DNA of 64,000 nt from Bacillota bacterium (GTDB lineage: Bacteria > Patescibacteriota > Patescibacteriia > Patescibacteriales > UBA12465). The DNA is taken from contig JBLNBA010000004.1 of the NCBI GenBank assembly GCA_050259635.1, positions 75,005-139,004 on the forward strand. The letters run 5' to 3'. Below the pieces are notes generated by a model that was given only the letters and a program-made list of their open reading frames with translations, had not been told where the DNA came from and searched no databases. The translations under genes were made by a program, and so were the position numbers. Within the stretch, counting starts at the first letter, position 1. Every line of letters starts with the position of its first letter. Shown here one piece after another: positions 1 through 9,162 of the stretch.

Positions 1-1
1 G

Positions 2-1036
2 CAAGAGAATAATCTTAAGCTCGAGGAATGCCGCCAGCGAATGGCCGGTATTTTTAGGTTGGAAAGCGCCGGCATGATCTTTACCGCCAGTGCCAGCGAA
101 GCAAATAATCTCATTCTGCGAGGGATCATGCATGCTAACCGAAATAAGGGCAAGCATCTTTTGGTGTCGGTCATCGAGCATCCTTCTGTGATCCAGACGG
201 CGCGAGCCTTGGAAAAGGAGGGTTATGAATGCGGGTTCATTTCCGTCGACGGAGAGGGAAGAATAGATTTATCCGCTCTTTCCAAGATGATTCGTAAGGA
301 CACCGTATTGGTTTCGGTAATGGCGGTGAATAATGAAATCGGTACCATTCAAGACCTTAAAAAGATTTCCGAGATCGTCCATGCCAAAGGGGTTTTATTC
401 CATTCGGATATCGTCCAGGCGATCCCTTATTTGAAGCTAGATTTTAGTAAGCTTGGTTTGGATGCCGCCAGCGCTTCCGCCCATAAGTTTTATGGCCCGA
501 AAGGAGCGGGTTTCGCCTATGTGAAACCGGGAATTGCCTGTGATCCTCTGATAACGGGCGGCGAGCAGGAAAATGGACGTCGCGCCGGTACCTACAACCT
601 TCCGGGCATAGTGGGTATGGCGGAAGCTTTATGTTTTGCTTATGCCAGCCGGGATAAAGAATTGAAACAAGTAAAGGATCTGAGGGATTATTTTTGGAAG
701 AGGCTTAAAGCGGAAATTCCCGACATCAAGCTTAATGGCGGTCTGCGTCATCGTAGTCCCAATAATCTCAACGTCCGTTTTGGTCGGATCGAAGGGGAGG
801 CGATCTTGATCGATCTGTCGACTAAGGGGGTTTGCGTTTCCACGGGCTCTGCTTGTAGCGCTCACAACCTCAAGAGCTCGTCCGTGCTCAAAGCGATCGG
901 CTTGGAAGATTATGATTTAAACAGCAATATCCGCTTTTCCTTCGGCAGATACAATAGCAAGAAAGAGCTTGATTATACGGTAGGGGCTTTGAAAAAAACG
1001 GTTAAGCGGCTGCGAGAATTTACTCCTGTCGGATAA
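2..1036 (+). CDS. iscS: cysteine desulfurase (IscS/NifS type, PLP-dependent); 5' end cut by the window edge
   Basis: The frame of ORF 41..1036 stays open back to nt 2. It has the PLP-lysine motif 'SASAHKFYGPKG' and the catalytic-Cys loop 'STGSACSAH'. A scaffold gene follows 4 nt downstream. Confidence 0.9.
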   Translation, partial: QENNLKLEECRQRMAGIFRLESAGMIFTASASEANNLILRGIMHANRNKGKHLLVSVIEHPSVIQTARALEKEGYECGFISVDGEGRIDLSALSKMIRKDTVLVSVMAVNNEIGTIQDLKKISEIVHAKGVLFHSDIVQAIPYLKLDFSKLGLDAASASAHKFYGPKGAGFAYVKPGIACDPLITGGEQENGRRAGTYNLPGIVGMAEALCFAYASRDKELKQVKDLRDYFWKRLKAEIPDIKLNGGLRHRSPNNLNVRFGRIEGEAILIDLSTKGVCVSTGSACSAHNLKSSSVLKAIGLEDYDLNSNIRFSFGRYNSKKELDYTVGALKKTVKRLREFTPVG

Positions 1037-1040
1037 ATAT

Positions 1041-1427
1041 ATGTCCCTAAACTATACCAAGAAGACAATGAGCCATTTCCTCAAGCCGAAGAACGTCGGT
1101 GAACTTAGGAATGCGGACGCGGAGGCGGAGATAGGCAACATGGTTTGTGGCGATCAGCTCAAATTTTCCATCAAGGTCATGGGTGATAAGATTAAGGATA
1201 TTAAGTTCTTATCTTTCGGCTGCGCATCCAATATTGCCACCGCTTCGCTTATGACAGAGAAGGTAAAGGGAATGAGCATTTCGGAAGCTAAGAAGTTCAG
1301 TTGGAAAGATATCGTCGAGGAGTTGGGCGGCTTGCCCCAACAGAAGATCCATTGCTCCATGATGGCCGTAAAGGGATTACAAAAGGTGATTGAGGCTTAT
1401 GAAGAAAAAGCTGGCGCCGGGGCCTAG
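1041..1427 (+). CDS. iscU: Fe-S cluster assembly scaffold (IscU/NifU N-terminal domain)
   Basis: 128 aa with the three conserved ligand regions 'VCGD', 'FGCASNIA' and 'IHCS'. It lies directly after the cysteine desulfurase gene. Confidence 0.9.
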   Translation: MSLNYTKKTMSHFLKPKNVGELRNADAEAEIGNMVCGDQLKFSIKVMGDKIKDIKFLSFGCASNIATASLMTEKVKGMSISEAKKFSWKDIVEELGGLPQQKIHCSMMAVKGLQKVIEAYEEKAGAGA

Positions 1428-1443
1428 ATTATAAAAGATATAT

Positions 1444-1475
1444 AAAAAAACACCCTCTTTCGGGGGTGTTTTTTG
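1444..1475. terminator. bidirectional rho-independent terminator between iscU (+) and the RRM gene (-)
   Basis: A-tract, then stem 'acaccc'/'gggtgt', then T-tract ('aaaaaaacaccctctttcgggggtgtttttt'). Confidence 0.8.
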
Positions 1476-1505
1476 TTAGCTATTTTCAACGTTAATTGAT
1501 TTAGC

Positions 1506-1763
1506 TTAGAAGCGCTTTTCAAGAGGGCGGGCCTCATTGACAGCGACGCGGCGTCCGTCCAATTCCTGGCCGTTCCACATCGCGATCGCAGCCTGAGCCT
1601 CTTCTTCGGTTTCCATTTCAACGAAACCAAAACCTTTTGAGCGCTGGGTCATGCGGTCCTTGATGATGACAGCGGAGGTAACATTGCCAGCCTTGGCAAA
1701 AGCGTCCGCTAACACATCTTCGGTAGTCTGGAAAGACAATCCGCCGACGAATAACTTTTTCAT
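1506..1763 (-). CDS. RRM-type RNA-binding protein
   Basis: 85 aa with RNP2 'LFVGGL' and RNP1 'KGFGFVEM'. Confidence 0.9.
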   Translation of the reverse strand: MKKLFVGGLSFQTTEDVLADAFAKAGNVTSAVIIKDRMTQRSKGFGFVEMETEEEAQAAIAMWNGQELDGRRVAVNEARPLEKRF

Positions 1764-1963
1764 GTTTTTTCGCTCTGCCTGCGATGCCTTAGCTTCGCGG
1801 GCAGATTCGTGTGCTTTTTAACAAATTGTAAGGCGACCTTTGTTGCCTCATAACGACGAACGGCTAGTTCGTATCGTTTCCGTAGAACCGACACGGACTA
1901 GCCGCTCGCGTCTCGAACAAAACTTACAAGTAAAATAATATACTAATTCGGGGAATTAGTCAA
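1764..1963 (-). promoter_or_regulatory. promoter plus a long structured 5' leader of the RRM gene
   Basis: On the minus strand: TTGACT (1963..1958), a 17-nt spacer, then TATTAT (1940..1935). The leader is about 165 nt. It has an 8-bp-closed hairpin at 1861..1904 and a hairpin at 1774..1805 that ends 11 nt before the ATG. Confidence 0.4.
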
Positions 1964-1968
1964 TACCC

Positions 1969-2682
1969 TTAGGAGATTACAACCTTTACGCTCGGGCTCA
2001 TGGAAGAGCAAATAGCGATATTCTTGATATAGGAGCCCTTAGCCGCTGCCGGCTTGACTTTACGTATGGTATCGATCAGGGCTTGGAAATTCTCGGCTAA
2101 TTTGCTGTCTTCGAAGCTGAGCTTGCCAAGGACGGAATGCAGATTGGCAGTGTCATCATTCTTGAAGCTGATCTTACCTTTCTTTAATTCCTCAACGGCT
2201 TTAGCCGGATTAGGGGAAACAGTATCGTTCTTAGGTGAGGGCATGAGACCGCGGGTACCGAGAATCTTAGCGATGACTGCCAGGTTCTTCATCATCAACG
2301 GTTCGGCAATAGCCACCTCGAAATCAGTCTTTTCGGTTTTTTTGATCTGGTCAATCAGCTCTTCACCGCCAACCAGTTCGGCGCCGGCAGCCTTGCAAGC
2401 TTCTTCATTAGCCGGTGAAACGAAAGCAGCGACGCGGACGCTCTTGCCGGTTCCATGAGGAAGGCTGATAGCGCCTCTTACGAGCTGATCGCTTTTCTTA
2501 GGGTTGATGCCCAGGCGGATGTGAGCTTCCAGGGAGGCATCGAACTTCGCCTTGCTGATCTTCTTGACGATGGCGATCGCTTCAAGAAGGCTATAAGCTT
2601 TCTGGCGGTCGTAGATAGCGGAATAATCGGTTACCTTTTTCTTAGGCGCGGCAACCGGCGCCTTTTTAACTTCTTTAGCCAT
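1969..2682 (-). CDS. rplA: 50S ribosomal protein L1
   Basis: Sequence 'LEAHIRLGINPKKSDQLVRGAISLPHGTGK'. The start is taken at the internal 'MAKEVKK' (2682) rather than the ORF-track start at 2724. Confidence 0.95.
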   Translation of the reverse strand: MAKEVKKAPVAAPKKKVTDYSAIYDRQKAYSLLEAIAIVKKISKAKFDASLEAHIRLGINPKKSDQLVRGAISLPHGTGKSVRVAAFVSPANEEACKAAGAELVGGEELIDQIKKTEKTDFEVAIAEPLMMKNLAVIAKILGTRGLMPSPKNDTVSPNPAKAVEELKKGKISFKNDDTANLHSVLGKLSFEDSKLAENFQALIDTIRKVKPAAAKGSYIKNIAICSSMSPSVKVVIS

Positions 2683-2738
2683 ATTTTTTCGTGGTGTGAT
2701 CGTCAGCTTGGCTGGCTCCCACAAATTTAATTATTTAC

Positions 2739-3164
2739 TTAGTCTTTGATTTCCACTCCCATCTGGCGAGCGGTACCGGCGATGATGTTCATCGCAGCAT
2801 CCAGGTCGCGGGCATTGAGATCGGACATCTTGGTTTTGGCGATCTCCGCCAGCTGAGCCTTGGTTATCTTTCCAACCTTGTCTGAGCGAGGCTTGCCGGA
2901 TCCCTTTTTGATTCCGGCCGCTTTCTTTAAAAGTTCGGAGGCAGGAGCGGTTTTGGTAATGAAGTCGTAAGTGCGGTCTTCATAAACCGTGATTTCCACC
3001 GGCACGACGTCCCCCATCTTATCTTTGGTGGCGGCGTTGAACTTCTGGCAGAATTCCGCGATATTCAAGCCGTGTTGGCCTAATGCCGGACCGACTGGAG
3101 GAGCAGGATTGGCCTGGCCACCGGTTATCTGTAATTTGATCTTAGTCTTTATTTTCTTAGCCAT
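2739..3164 (-). CDS. rplK: 50S ribosomal protein L11
   Basis: Sequence '[27 protein letters not shown]'. The start is taken at 'MAKKIKT' (3164). Confidence 0.95.
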   Translation of the reverse strand: MAKKIKTKIKLQITGGQANPAPPVGPALGQHGLNIAEFCQKFNAATKDKMGDVVPVEITVYEDRTYDFITKTAPASELLKKAAGIKKGSGKPRSDKVGKITKAQLAEIAKTKMSDLNARDLDAAMNIIAGTARQMGVEIKD

Positions 3165-3214
3165 ATGATTTTTATTAGGCTTGGACGGCAGAAGCGACCG
3201 GACAAGCATTAGCT

Positions 3215-3760
3215 TTATGCTTTCTTGATTTGGAGGAAATCCAGCTCGACAGGGGTTTCACGACCGAACATGGAGACAGAAACCTTAACTTTTCCTTTAG
3301 CCTCGTCAATCGCCGTGACTTTACCTTCCATGTTCTTAAAGGGTCCTTCATTAATCTTGACCGGGGAGCCAACGACCACGTCGATGGTGAATTTGGGGTC
3401 TTCGACGCCCATCCTTTTCTGCAATGCTTTGACCTCGTTATCGCTGATAGGGGTAGGGATGGTGCCGGTACCGATAAAGCCGGTGACATTCGGAGTATTG
3501 CGGACTACGTACCAGGAATCATCGGTTACTTCCATTTCTACCAGAATATATCCCGGAAAGATCTTTTCTTCAACGACTTTGCGTTTGCCGTTCTTGATCT
3601 TGATCTTCTTTTCCGTGGGAATGAGGATGTTGAAGATCTTGTCCTCCATGTCTAAGGACTCCACTCTTTGCTTGAGGTTCTGAGCGACGTTCTCCTCGTA
3701 GCCGGAATAGGTGTGGAGGACGTACCAGCGTCGGCCTTGGTTTAGTAATTGTTTAGCCAT
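3215..3760 (-). CDS. nusG: transcription termination/antitermination factor NusG
   Basis: N-terminal NGN domain ('[14 protein letters not shown]') and a C-terminal KOW domain ('[18 protein letters not shown]'). It sits in the secE-nusG-rplK-rplA order. Confidence 0.95.
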   Translation of the reverse strand: MAKQLLNQGRRWYVLHTYSGYEENVAQNLKQRVESLDMEDKIFNILIPTEKKIKIKNGKRKVVEEKIFPGYILVEMEVTDDSWYVVRNTPNVTGFIGTGTIPTPISDNEVKALQKRMGVEDPKFTIDVVVGSPVKINEGPFKNMEGKVTAIDEAKGKVKVSVSMFGRETPVELDFLQIKKA

Positions 3761-3821
3761 AATTTTCTGGCGCGAGCGGGCTGTGGACGCTCCGTAGCGC
3801 GCAATGTTTTATGAACGAATT

Positions 3822-4007
3822 TTATTGCAGAATGAGTTCCTCGATGCCGAGATTGAAGATGAAATCTAGGATCCCGAGAAAGGCGGCGACAGCTAAAGAG
3901 ACGCCAATGACTAACAGGGTGTAGTGATAAGTCTCTTTTCTGGTCGGCCAGGTTACTTTTTTCAATTCCTCCATTGATTCCTGGAAATACCGGCTGATTT
4001 TGCTCAT
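3822..4007 (-). CDS. secE: preprotein translocase subunit SecE
   Basis: 61 aa with 'EELKKVTWPTRKET' followed by a single TM helix. It lies upstream of nusG. Confidence 0.85.
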   Translation of the reverse strand: MSKISRYFQESMEELKKVTWPTRKETYHYTLLVIGVSLAVAAFLGILDFIFNLGIEELILQ

Positions 4008-4166
4008 ATTAGATAAATTTGTTGATATTAAAAAGAGCCCTTCAGGCCACTTTTTTCTTATGCTTATATATTACCCAAAATATATCCCCATGTCAAGATA
4101 ATCGGCTTTCTTCCCGTTGCTTTTTGGGGTCAAACAATATAAAATGAGAATGAAGCAAAATACATT

Positions 4167-5891
4167 ATGGTTAGCCCTAATTTAGCTACAAAGAAAACTC
4201 AAACCGGTACGGAAGAGATGAATGACAATGCCAAGAAGCTCTTCCAGGCGGTATATAACGACCTTAAAAAACCGGATGCTCCCGATGATGAGAGCCCCCG
4301 TCTTCGGGTTTCCACCTTGATTTCAAGGATGGCCTTTTTTTATGAGAAGATCCGCAATGCCGTCGATTATGAGGAAGATCACCTTCTGAGGAAGAATGCC
4401 ATTGCCCGCATCCTTAAGAGGCAGATCGTCATCGAGGGAATTTTGAAATCGATAAATTCCGAACAGCTCGCTCGCCATCTGTTAGAAGAGCTTATTCGCG
4501 CAAGCTATCTTCCCAATAACGTTCTTCCGGAAAGCAAAGCGAAAGACGTTGCGAGAACTCTGGATAAGTATATCAAGCTGAAAGATGCCGCTCTCGAGCA
4601 ATTCCAAACCGGACTGGGCATCAAAGCCGGACTGCAAGAAGGGAAAAATGAGATGAGAGAGAAGAATCGCCTGGTAAATTGGATTATCGCCATGGCTGCC
4701 TGTGAAATTGAAGAAGATTTGGGTCGCAGCCAAGTGAAGCCTGCCATGGTTAATGTGATGTTCGATACTCTCCAGCGGATTATCAAGCTTCCGCCCGAAC
4801 TCCCGCATGGAGATGATTTAGATATCCAGATATATCTGAGCATCAGCCGGACTTTCAGCCGTTTTGATGAGGAGATGCTGTCCTTCGTATTATTCAAATA
4901 TTACAATCAGGGCTGGGTGGATGACCGTCTCGATTCTACTCTTGCGCCAGACGACGGAACGATCAGGAAGATCGCCTTGCGCCTTAATCTCTTGCGCCAA
5001 TCGATTGACGGGCAGATGAAGCATCCTTTGAAAAAGCAGCTGGACCGGATCGTCCGTCGCTATGCTTTATATTTTACCGTTCTGCAGGATGCGATCAGCG
5101 GAGATCCCGCTAAGGTCTATAATGATTTCCGCCAAAATCCCAAGGCTTTTACCTCGCTAGTGAGAAAAGTTTGCGCCGCCAAGTATAAAAAAGCCAAGTC
5201 TCGTCTCTGGAGGGCGGCGATGCGCAGTATCGTCTATATCTTTTTAACGAAATCAGTTTTTGTTTTCTTGATTGAGGTCCCGGCGATAAACTGGTTCAAT
5301 CAGCCGCTTAATCCGGTCGCTCTGGCTATTAACGTCGCTTTCCCGGCCGTCCTGCTCTTTCTGATCGTAACATTCACTCGCGTACCCGATGATAGCAATA
5401 CGGACCGGATTGTTGAAGGAGTCCGGGAAATCGCTATTGCCGGCTCCGAACGCCAACAACCCATAATGTTGCGTAATCCCAAAAAGAGGAGCGGGCCGAT
5501 GAATTTCATGTTCAACCTGATCTACGCCTCGACGTTCTTCATTTCCATTTATTTCATCATCTGGGTTTTGACCCGCGCAAATTTCAATTGGGTCAGCATC
5601 ACCATCTTCCTTTTCTTCCTGGCTTTTGTCAGTTTCTTCAGCATCATCGTGACCCGAGGGGTCAAGGACTTGCTGGTGGTGGAGAAAAAAGAGAATCTTC
5701 CTTCCTTCTTGCTCGATCTCTTTTATATGCCCATTATCATGGCGGGTAAGTGGTTATCAAGCAACGTTTCCAAGGTTAATGTATTTATCTTCCTTTTCGA
5801 CTTCGTTATTGAGGCGCCCTTCAAGATCGTGATTGATATTGCCGAGGAGTGGACAAAATACATTAAGGAACGTAAGGATAACATGGTTTGA
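4167..5891 (+). CDS. hypothetical membrane protein: large soluble N-terminal half, four or more C-terminal TM helices
   Basis: 574-aa ORF with no motif I can assign. Hydrophobic segments include 'IVYIFLTKSVFVFLIEV', 'ALAINVAFPAVLLFLIVTF', 'FMFNLIYASTFFISIYFIIWVL' and 'VSITIFLFFLAFVSFFSIIV'. Confidence 0.6.
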   Translation: MVSPNLATKKTQTGTEEMNDNAKKLFQAVYNDLKKPDAPDDESPRLRVSTLISRMAFFYEKIRNAVDYEEDHLLRKNAIARILKRQIVIEGILKSINSEQLARHLLEELIRASYLPNNVLPESKAKDVARTLDKYIKLKDAALEQFQTGLGIKAGLQEGKNEMREKNRLVNWIIAMAACEIEEDLGRSQVKPAMVNVMFDTLQRIIKLPPELPHGDDLDIQIYLSISRTFSRFDEEMLSFVLFKYYNQGWVDDRLDSTLAPDDGTIRKIALRLNLLRQSIDGQMKHPLKKQLDRIVRRYALYFTVLQDAISGDPAKVYNDFRQNPKAFTSLVRKVCAAKYKKAKSRLWRAAMRSIVYIFLTKSVFVFLIEVPAINWFNQPLNPVALAINVAFPAVLLFLIVTFTRVPDDSNTDRIVEGVREIAIAGSERQQPIMLRNPKKRSGPMNFMFNLIYASTFFISIYFIIWVLTRANFNWVSITIFLFFLAFVSFFSIIVTRGVKDLLVVEKKENLPSFLLDLFYMPIIMAGKWLSSNVSKVNVFIFLFDFVIEAPFKIVIDIAEEWTKYIKERKDNMV

Positions 5892-5892
5892 T

Positions 5893-6606
5893 ATGGCATT
5901 AGGAAAACTATATGTTGCCGCTACACCGATCGGCAACTTAGAAGATATCAGTCTCAGGGCCTTGCGCGTTATGCGTGAGGCCGATTATATTTTGTGTGAA
6001 GACACGCGTCAGACGCGGATCTTGCTCAATGAGCATGATATCAAGACGGCGACGATTTCTTTTCATCAGCACTCCGGCTCGGGAAAGATGTCCCAGCTTT
6101 TGCGCTACCTGGGCGAAGGGAAAAATTTGGTCCTCGTCTCGGATGCCGGTACCCCCGGGATTTCCGATCCTGGTTCGGCTTTAGTCGCGGCTGCGCGTGC
6201 GGAATACGGGGAGGAGTTGGAAGTGTTAAGTCTTCCTGGCCCTAGCGCGGTCATTGCCGCTTTGTCAGTCTCAGGTTGGCCCGCAGATCGCTTCTGCTTT
6301 TTTGGCTTCCTGCCTCATAAAAAAGGAAGGCAGACGATGCTCAAGGAAATTGTTTCCAGCCGCTATCCCGCAGCGTTCTATGAATCTAAGCACCGGATCG
6401 CGAAGTGCCTGGCGGAAATGACCGTGATTAGCAATGACGAAGGGATAGGCTTAGAGTTGATGATTGCGAGGGAAATTACCAAAATGTTCGAGACTGTATA
6501 CTTTGGGAATCCGGCCGATTTAGCAGAAAAACTGGCCGCGGACCCGGATATGCAGAAGGGGGAATTCGTTGTCCTCTGTCGACGGACCGATAAGAAAAAT
6601 ATATGA
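5893..6606 (+). CDS. rsmI: 16S rRNA (cytidine1402-2'-O)-methyltransferase
   Basis: Sequences 'LYVAATPIGNLEDISLRALRVMREADYILCEDTR' and 'SDAGTPGISDPG'. The start is taken at ATG 5893. Confidence 0.9.
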   Translation: MALGKLYVAATPIGNLEDISLRALRVMREADYILCEDTRQTRILLNEHDIKTATISFHQHSGSGKMSQLLRYLGEGKNLVLVSDAGTPGISDPGSALVAAARAEYGEELEVLSLPGPSAVIAALSVSGWPADRFCFFGFLPHKKGRQTMLKEIVSSRYPAAFYESKHRIAKCLAEMTVISNDEGIGLELMIAREITKMFETVYFGNPADLAEKLAADPDMQKGEFVVLCRRTDKKNI

Positions 6607-8054
6607 GCCAAAATAATAAGTTTTATATTACTACCACTCTTCCGTATACCAATTCTGATCCCCATATCGGCTTTGCCGCCGAGCTCATAAAAGCGGATGT
6701 CATTGCTCGTACCCAGCGTCTCTTGGGAAAGGAGGTAGTTTTTAATACCGGAACCGATGAACATGGGTTGAAAGTCTATCAGCTAGCGGAAGTCGCCGGC
6801 CTTTCTCCTCGCGATTATTGTACGCCCTATGCCGAGCGCTTTGCCTCGCTTAAAGAGGCTCTCGACTTGAGTGTCACCAATTTCGTGCGTACTTCGGATG
6901 AACATCATTGCGGAGCGGCCCAGGAATTCTGGAAGCGCTGTGCGGATAAGGGGGATATTTATAAGAAAAATTACAGCGTAAAATATTGTGTGGGCTGCGA
7001 AATGGAGAAGACTGAGTCCGAGCTAATAGATGGCCGTTGCCCCTTGCATCCCGGAAGGGAACTCGAGCTGATCGAGGAAGAGAATTACTTTTTTCGCTTT
7101 TCTAGATACCAGCAGGCTCTCTTGGAATATTTCGATCGCCATCCCCAGTTTGTCGTGCCGTCCCACCGCTTTACGGAAATCCGCAACTTCGTGGCGGCCG
7201 GTTTGCAAGATTTCAGTATCTCCCGGCTAAAGGAAAAGATGCCTAACGGCGTTCCTGTCCCCGGAGATGACGAGCAAGTAATGTATGTATGGTTTGATGC
7301 TTTGGTAAATTATATTTCCACCCTTGGTTGGCCGGAAGATATTGGAAACTTTGAAGCTTTCTGGCCCGGGGTTCAGGTTTGTGGGAAAGATAATCTTAGG
7401 CAGCAATCAGCGATGTGGCAAACGATGCTCTTGTCCGCCGGCTTACCTTTGACGGAGCAGGTATTAGTGTTCGGCTTCCTTACCGCCAACGGGAAGAAGA
7501 TCAGTAAGAGCGCCGGTAATGGCATTGATCCCTTCGAATACGCCGGTCGATACGGGGCAGACGCCTTACGTTATTATCTTTTAACCGAGATCCTTCCTTT
7601 TGAGGATAGTGATTTTTCCGAGAGCCGTTTGCGGCTGAAATATAATGCCGATCTCGCCAACGGGCTTGGCAACTTAGTAGCTCGCGTAAGCACCCTCTTA
7701 GAGAAAAACAGCCTTGAAACCGGCTTGGCTCCTGATCGGGAGGATGGTCTCAAGCGGGTTCTTTCTTCAGGTTTGGATAAATACCAATTCAATCGCGCTC
7801 TCCAATCTATTTGGGCGGAAGTAGCGGCTTGTAATGAGGAACTGACCGGTAAGGCTCCCTGGAAGCTTACAGAAAAGAATGAAATAGCGGCGGTGCTTGG
7901 ACCGCTTGCTCGCAGAATCTTGGCGATCGGCGTAATGCTCGAACCCTTTTTGCCGGCGACGGCAAAAGCGATTATCACCCGCTTTAGCGAGAAACAAATA
8001 AGAAAAGGCGAGTCTCTCTTTCCGCGCTTAGTGGAGGAGAAGGCCGCAGAATAG
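6603..8054 (+). CDS. metG: methionine--tRNA ligase (short form, no C-terminal tRNA-binding domain)
   Basis: HIGH-like motif 'PYTNSDPHIGF', KMSKS-like motif 'KISKSAGNG' and a Cys-rich knuckle 'CVGCE...CPLHP'. There is an ATGA overlap with rsmI. Confidence 0.95.
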   Translation: MSQNNKFYITTTLPYTNSDPHIGFAAELIKADVIARTQRLLGKEVVFNTGTDEHGLKVYQLAEVAGLSPRDYCTPYAERFASLKEALDLSVTNFVRTSDEHHCGAAQEFWKRCADKGDIYKKNYSVKYCVGCEMEKTESELIDGRCPLHPGRELELIEEENYFFRFSRYQQALLEYFDRHPQFVVPSHRFTEIRNFVAAGLQDFSISRLKEKMPNGVPVPGDDEQVMYVWFDALVNYISTLGWPEDIGNFEAFWPGVQVCGKDNLRQQSAMWQTMLLSAGLPLTEQVLVFGFLTANGKKISKSAGNGIDPFEYAGRYGADALRYYLLTEILPFEDSDFSESRLRLKYNADLANGLGNLVARVSTLLEKNSLETGLAPDREDGLKRVLSSGLDKYQFNRALQSIWAEVAACNEELTGKAPWKLTEKNEIAAVLGPLARRILAIGVMLEPFLPATAKAIITRFSEKQIRKGESLFPRLVEEKAAE

Positions 8055-8055
8055 T

Positions 8056-8571
8056 ATGTCGTATTTCGATATCGCTCTCTTGGTGATCGTGGCCGGCTTT
8101 GTCTTTAACGGCCTTTCTAAGGGCTTGATCCGGCTGCTCGGCAATATTGTCGGTCTGATCGCCGGAGCCTTCATCGCCTCCCGTTTCTATCTGCAATTTT
8201 TTGAATGGAGCCAGAATTTGTTCGGCGCTCGAGAAAACTTGGGGAAGGTAATATCTTTCATCGTGGTCTTTATTCTGGTAACCATCGCGGTAGACTGGAT
8301 CTTTGTCATTATTGAGAAGATATTTAACCTGATTTCCATCATTCCTTTTACCAAATTTATCAATAACCTGGCCGGAGCGGCCCTGGGATTCCTTGAAGGC
8401 TCCCTGGCTATCGGGCTAGTCCTGTTCGTCGCTTCCCGCTATGCCTGGATTGGCAGCCTGTTTGGCGACCATCTGGTTTCTTCTCAGTTGGTCCCTTTCT
8501 TTTTGCGGATAGTAAATTTGATCATGCCTGTTCTTCCGTCGGCCCTGAAAGCGCTTCAATCTTTAGTTTGA
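8056..8571 (+). CDS. CvpA-family membrane protein
   Basis: 171 aa with four TM helices. The N-terminus 'FDIALLVIVAGFVFNGLSKGLIR' is typical of CvpA. Confidence 0.7.
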   Translation: MSYFDIALLVIVAGFVFNGLSKGLIRLLGNIVGLIAGAFIASRFYLQFFEWSQNLFGARENLGKVISFIVVFILVTIAVDWIFVIIEKIFNLISIIPFTKFINNLAGAALGFLEGSLAIGLVLFVASRYAWIGSLFGDHLVSSQLVPFFLRIVNLIMPVLPSALKALQSLV

Positions 8572-8572
8572 T

Positions 8573-9160
8573 ATGGAATACTTAGATTGGTCCGAGAGCG
8601 CGGCTTTTCGGCGGCGGTTGGCAGGAAAATTGAAAGCGGGCGCAATCGTCATGATGCCCACCGATACCGTATACGGCTTAGTAGCAAGAGCCGATGACCA
8701 AAGCGCCGTGAGGCGCGTTTTCGATATCAAGCGTCGCAACCGCGGCAAGGCCTTGCTGGTCTTGGTATCAAGTATGAACATGGTGGAAAAGTATTGCCGG
8801 CTTAACGGCCGGCAAAGGGAAAGCTTAAGGGGGCTATGGATGGGAAGGCGTCCGATAACCGCGATTTTGCCGCACCGTAACCGGCTACCCCGGGAACTTA
8901 CCGGCGAAGAAGACGGATTGGCAGTGCGTTTGCCGAAAACTGATTTTTTGCGTAAAATGATAAGAGCCGTAGGCGCACCTTTGATCGCCACTAGCGCTAA
9001 TCAGAGCGGACAGCCAGTATTAGACGCTGATAGCGCATCTTTAGCCTTTCGGCGGGGTCCTAAGCCTGATTTAGTGGTGAGAGGAGGCAATAACCGGAGA
9101 TCTGTTTCCCGTTTAGTTCTTATTAAGGAGAACGGCGGCGTAACCGTAATCCGTCCATAA
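8573..9160 (+). CDS. tsaC: L-threonylcarbamoyladenylate synthase (YrdC/TsaC family)
   Basis: Sequences 'VMMPTDTVYGLVARADD', 'FDIKRRNRGKALLVLV' and 'IATSANQSGQP'. Confidence 0.85.
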   Translation: MEYLDWSESAAFRRRLAGKLKAGAIVMMPTDTVYGLVARADDQSAVRRVFDIKRRNRGKALLVLVSSMNMVEKYCRLNGRQRESLRGLWMGRRPITAILPHRNRLPRELTGEEDGLAVRLPKTDFLRKMIRAVGAPLIATSANQSGQPVLDADSASLAFRRGPKPDLVVRGGNNRRSVSRLVLIKENGGVTVIRP

Positions 9161-9162
9161 AT

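Noticed and set aside
1969-2724. N-terminal extensions given by the ORF track for rplA (to 2724), rplK (to 3209), the Wzz-like gene (to 36032), the GHL gene (to 42058), rsmI (from 5833) and lipoprotein 2 (from 32506).
   Set aside because: Internal ATGs give canonical N-termini ('MAKEVKK', 'MAKKIKT', signal peptides). The extensions overlap upstream genes or consensus promoters, for example 36020..36048.
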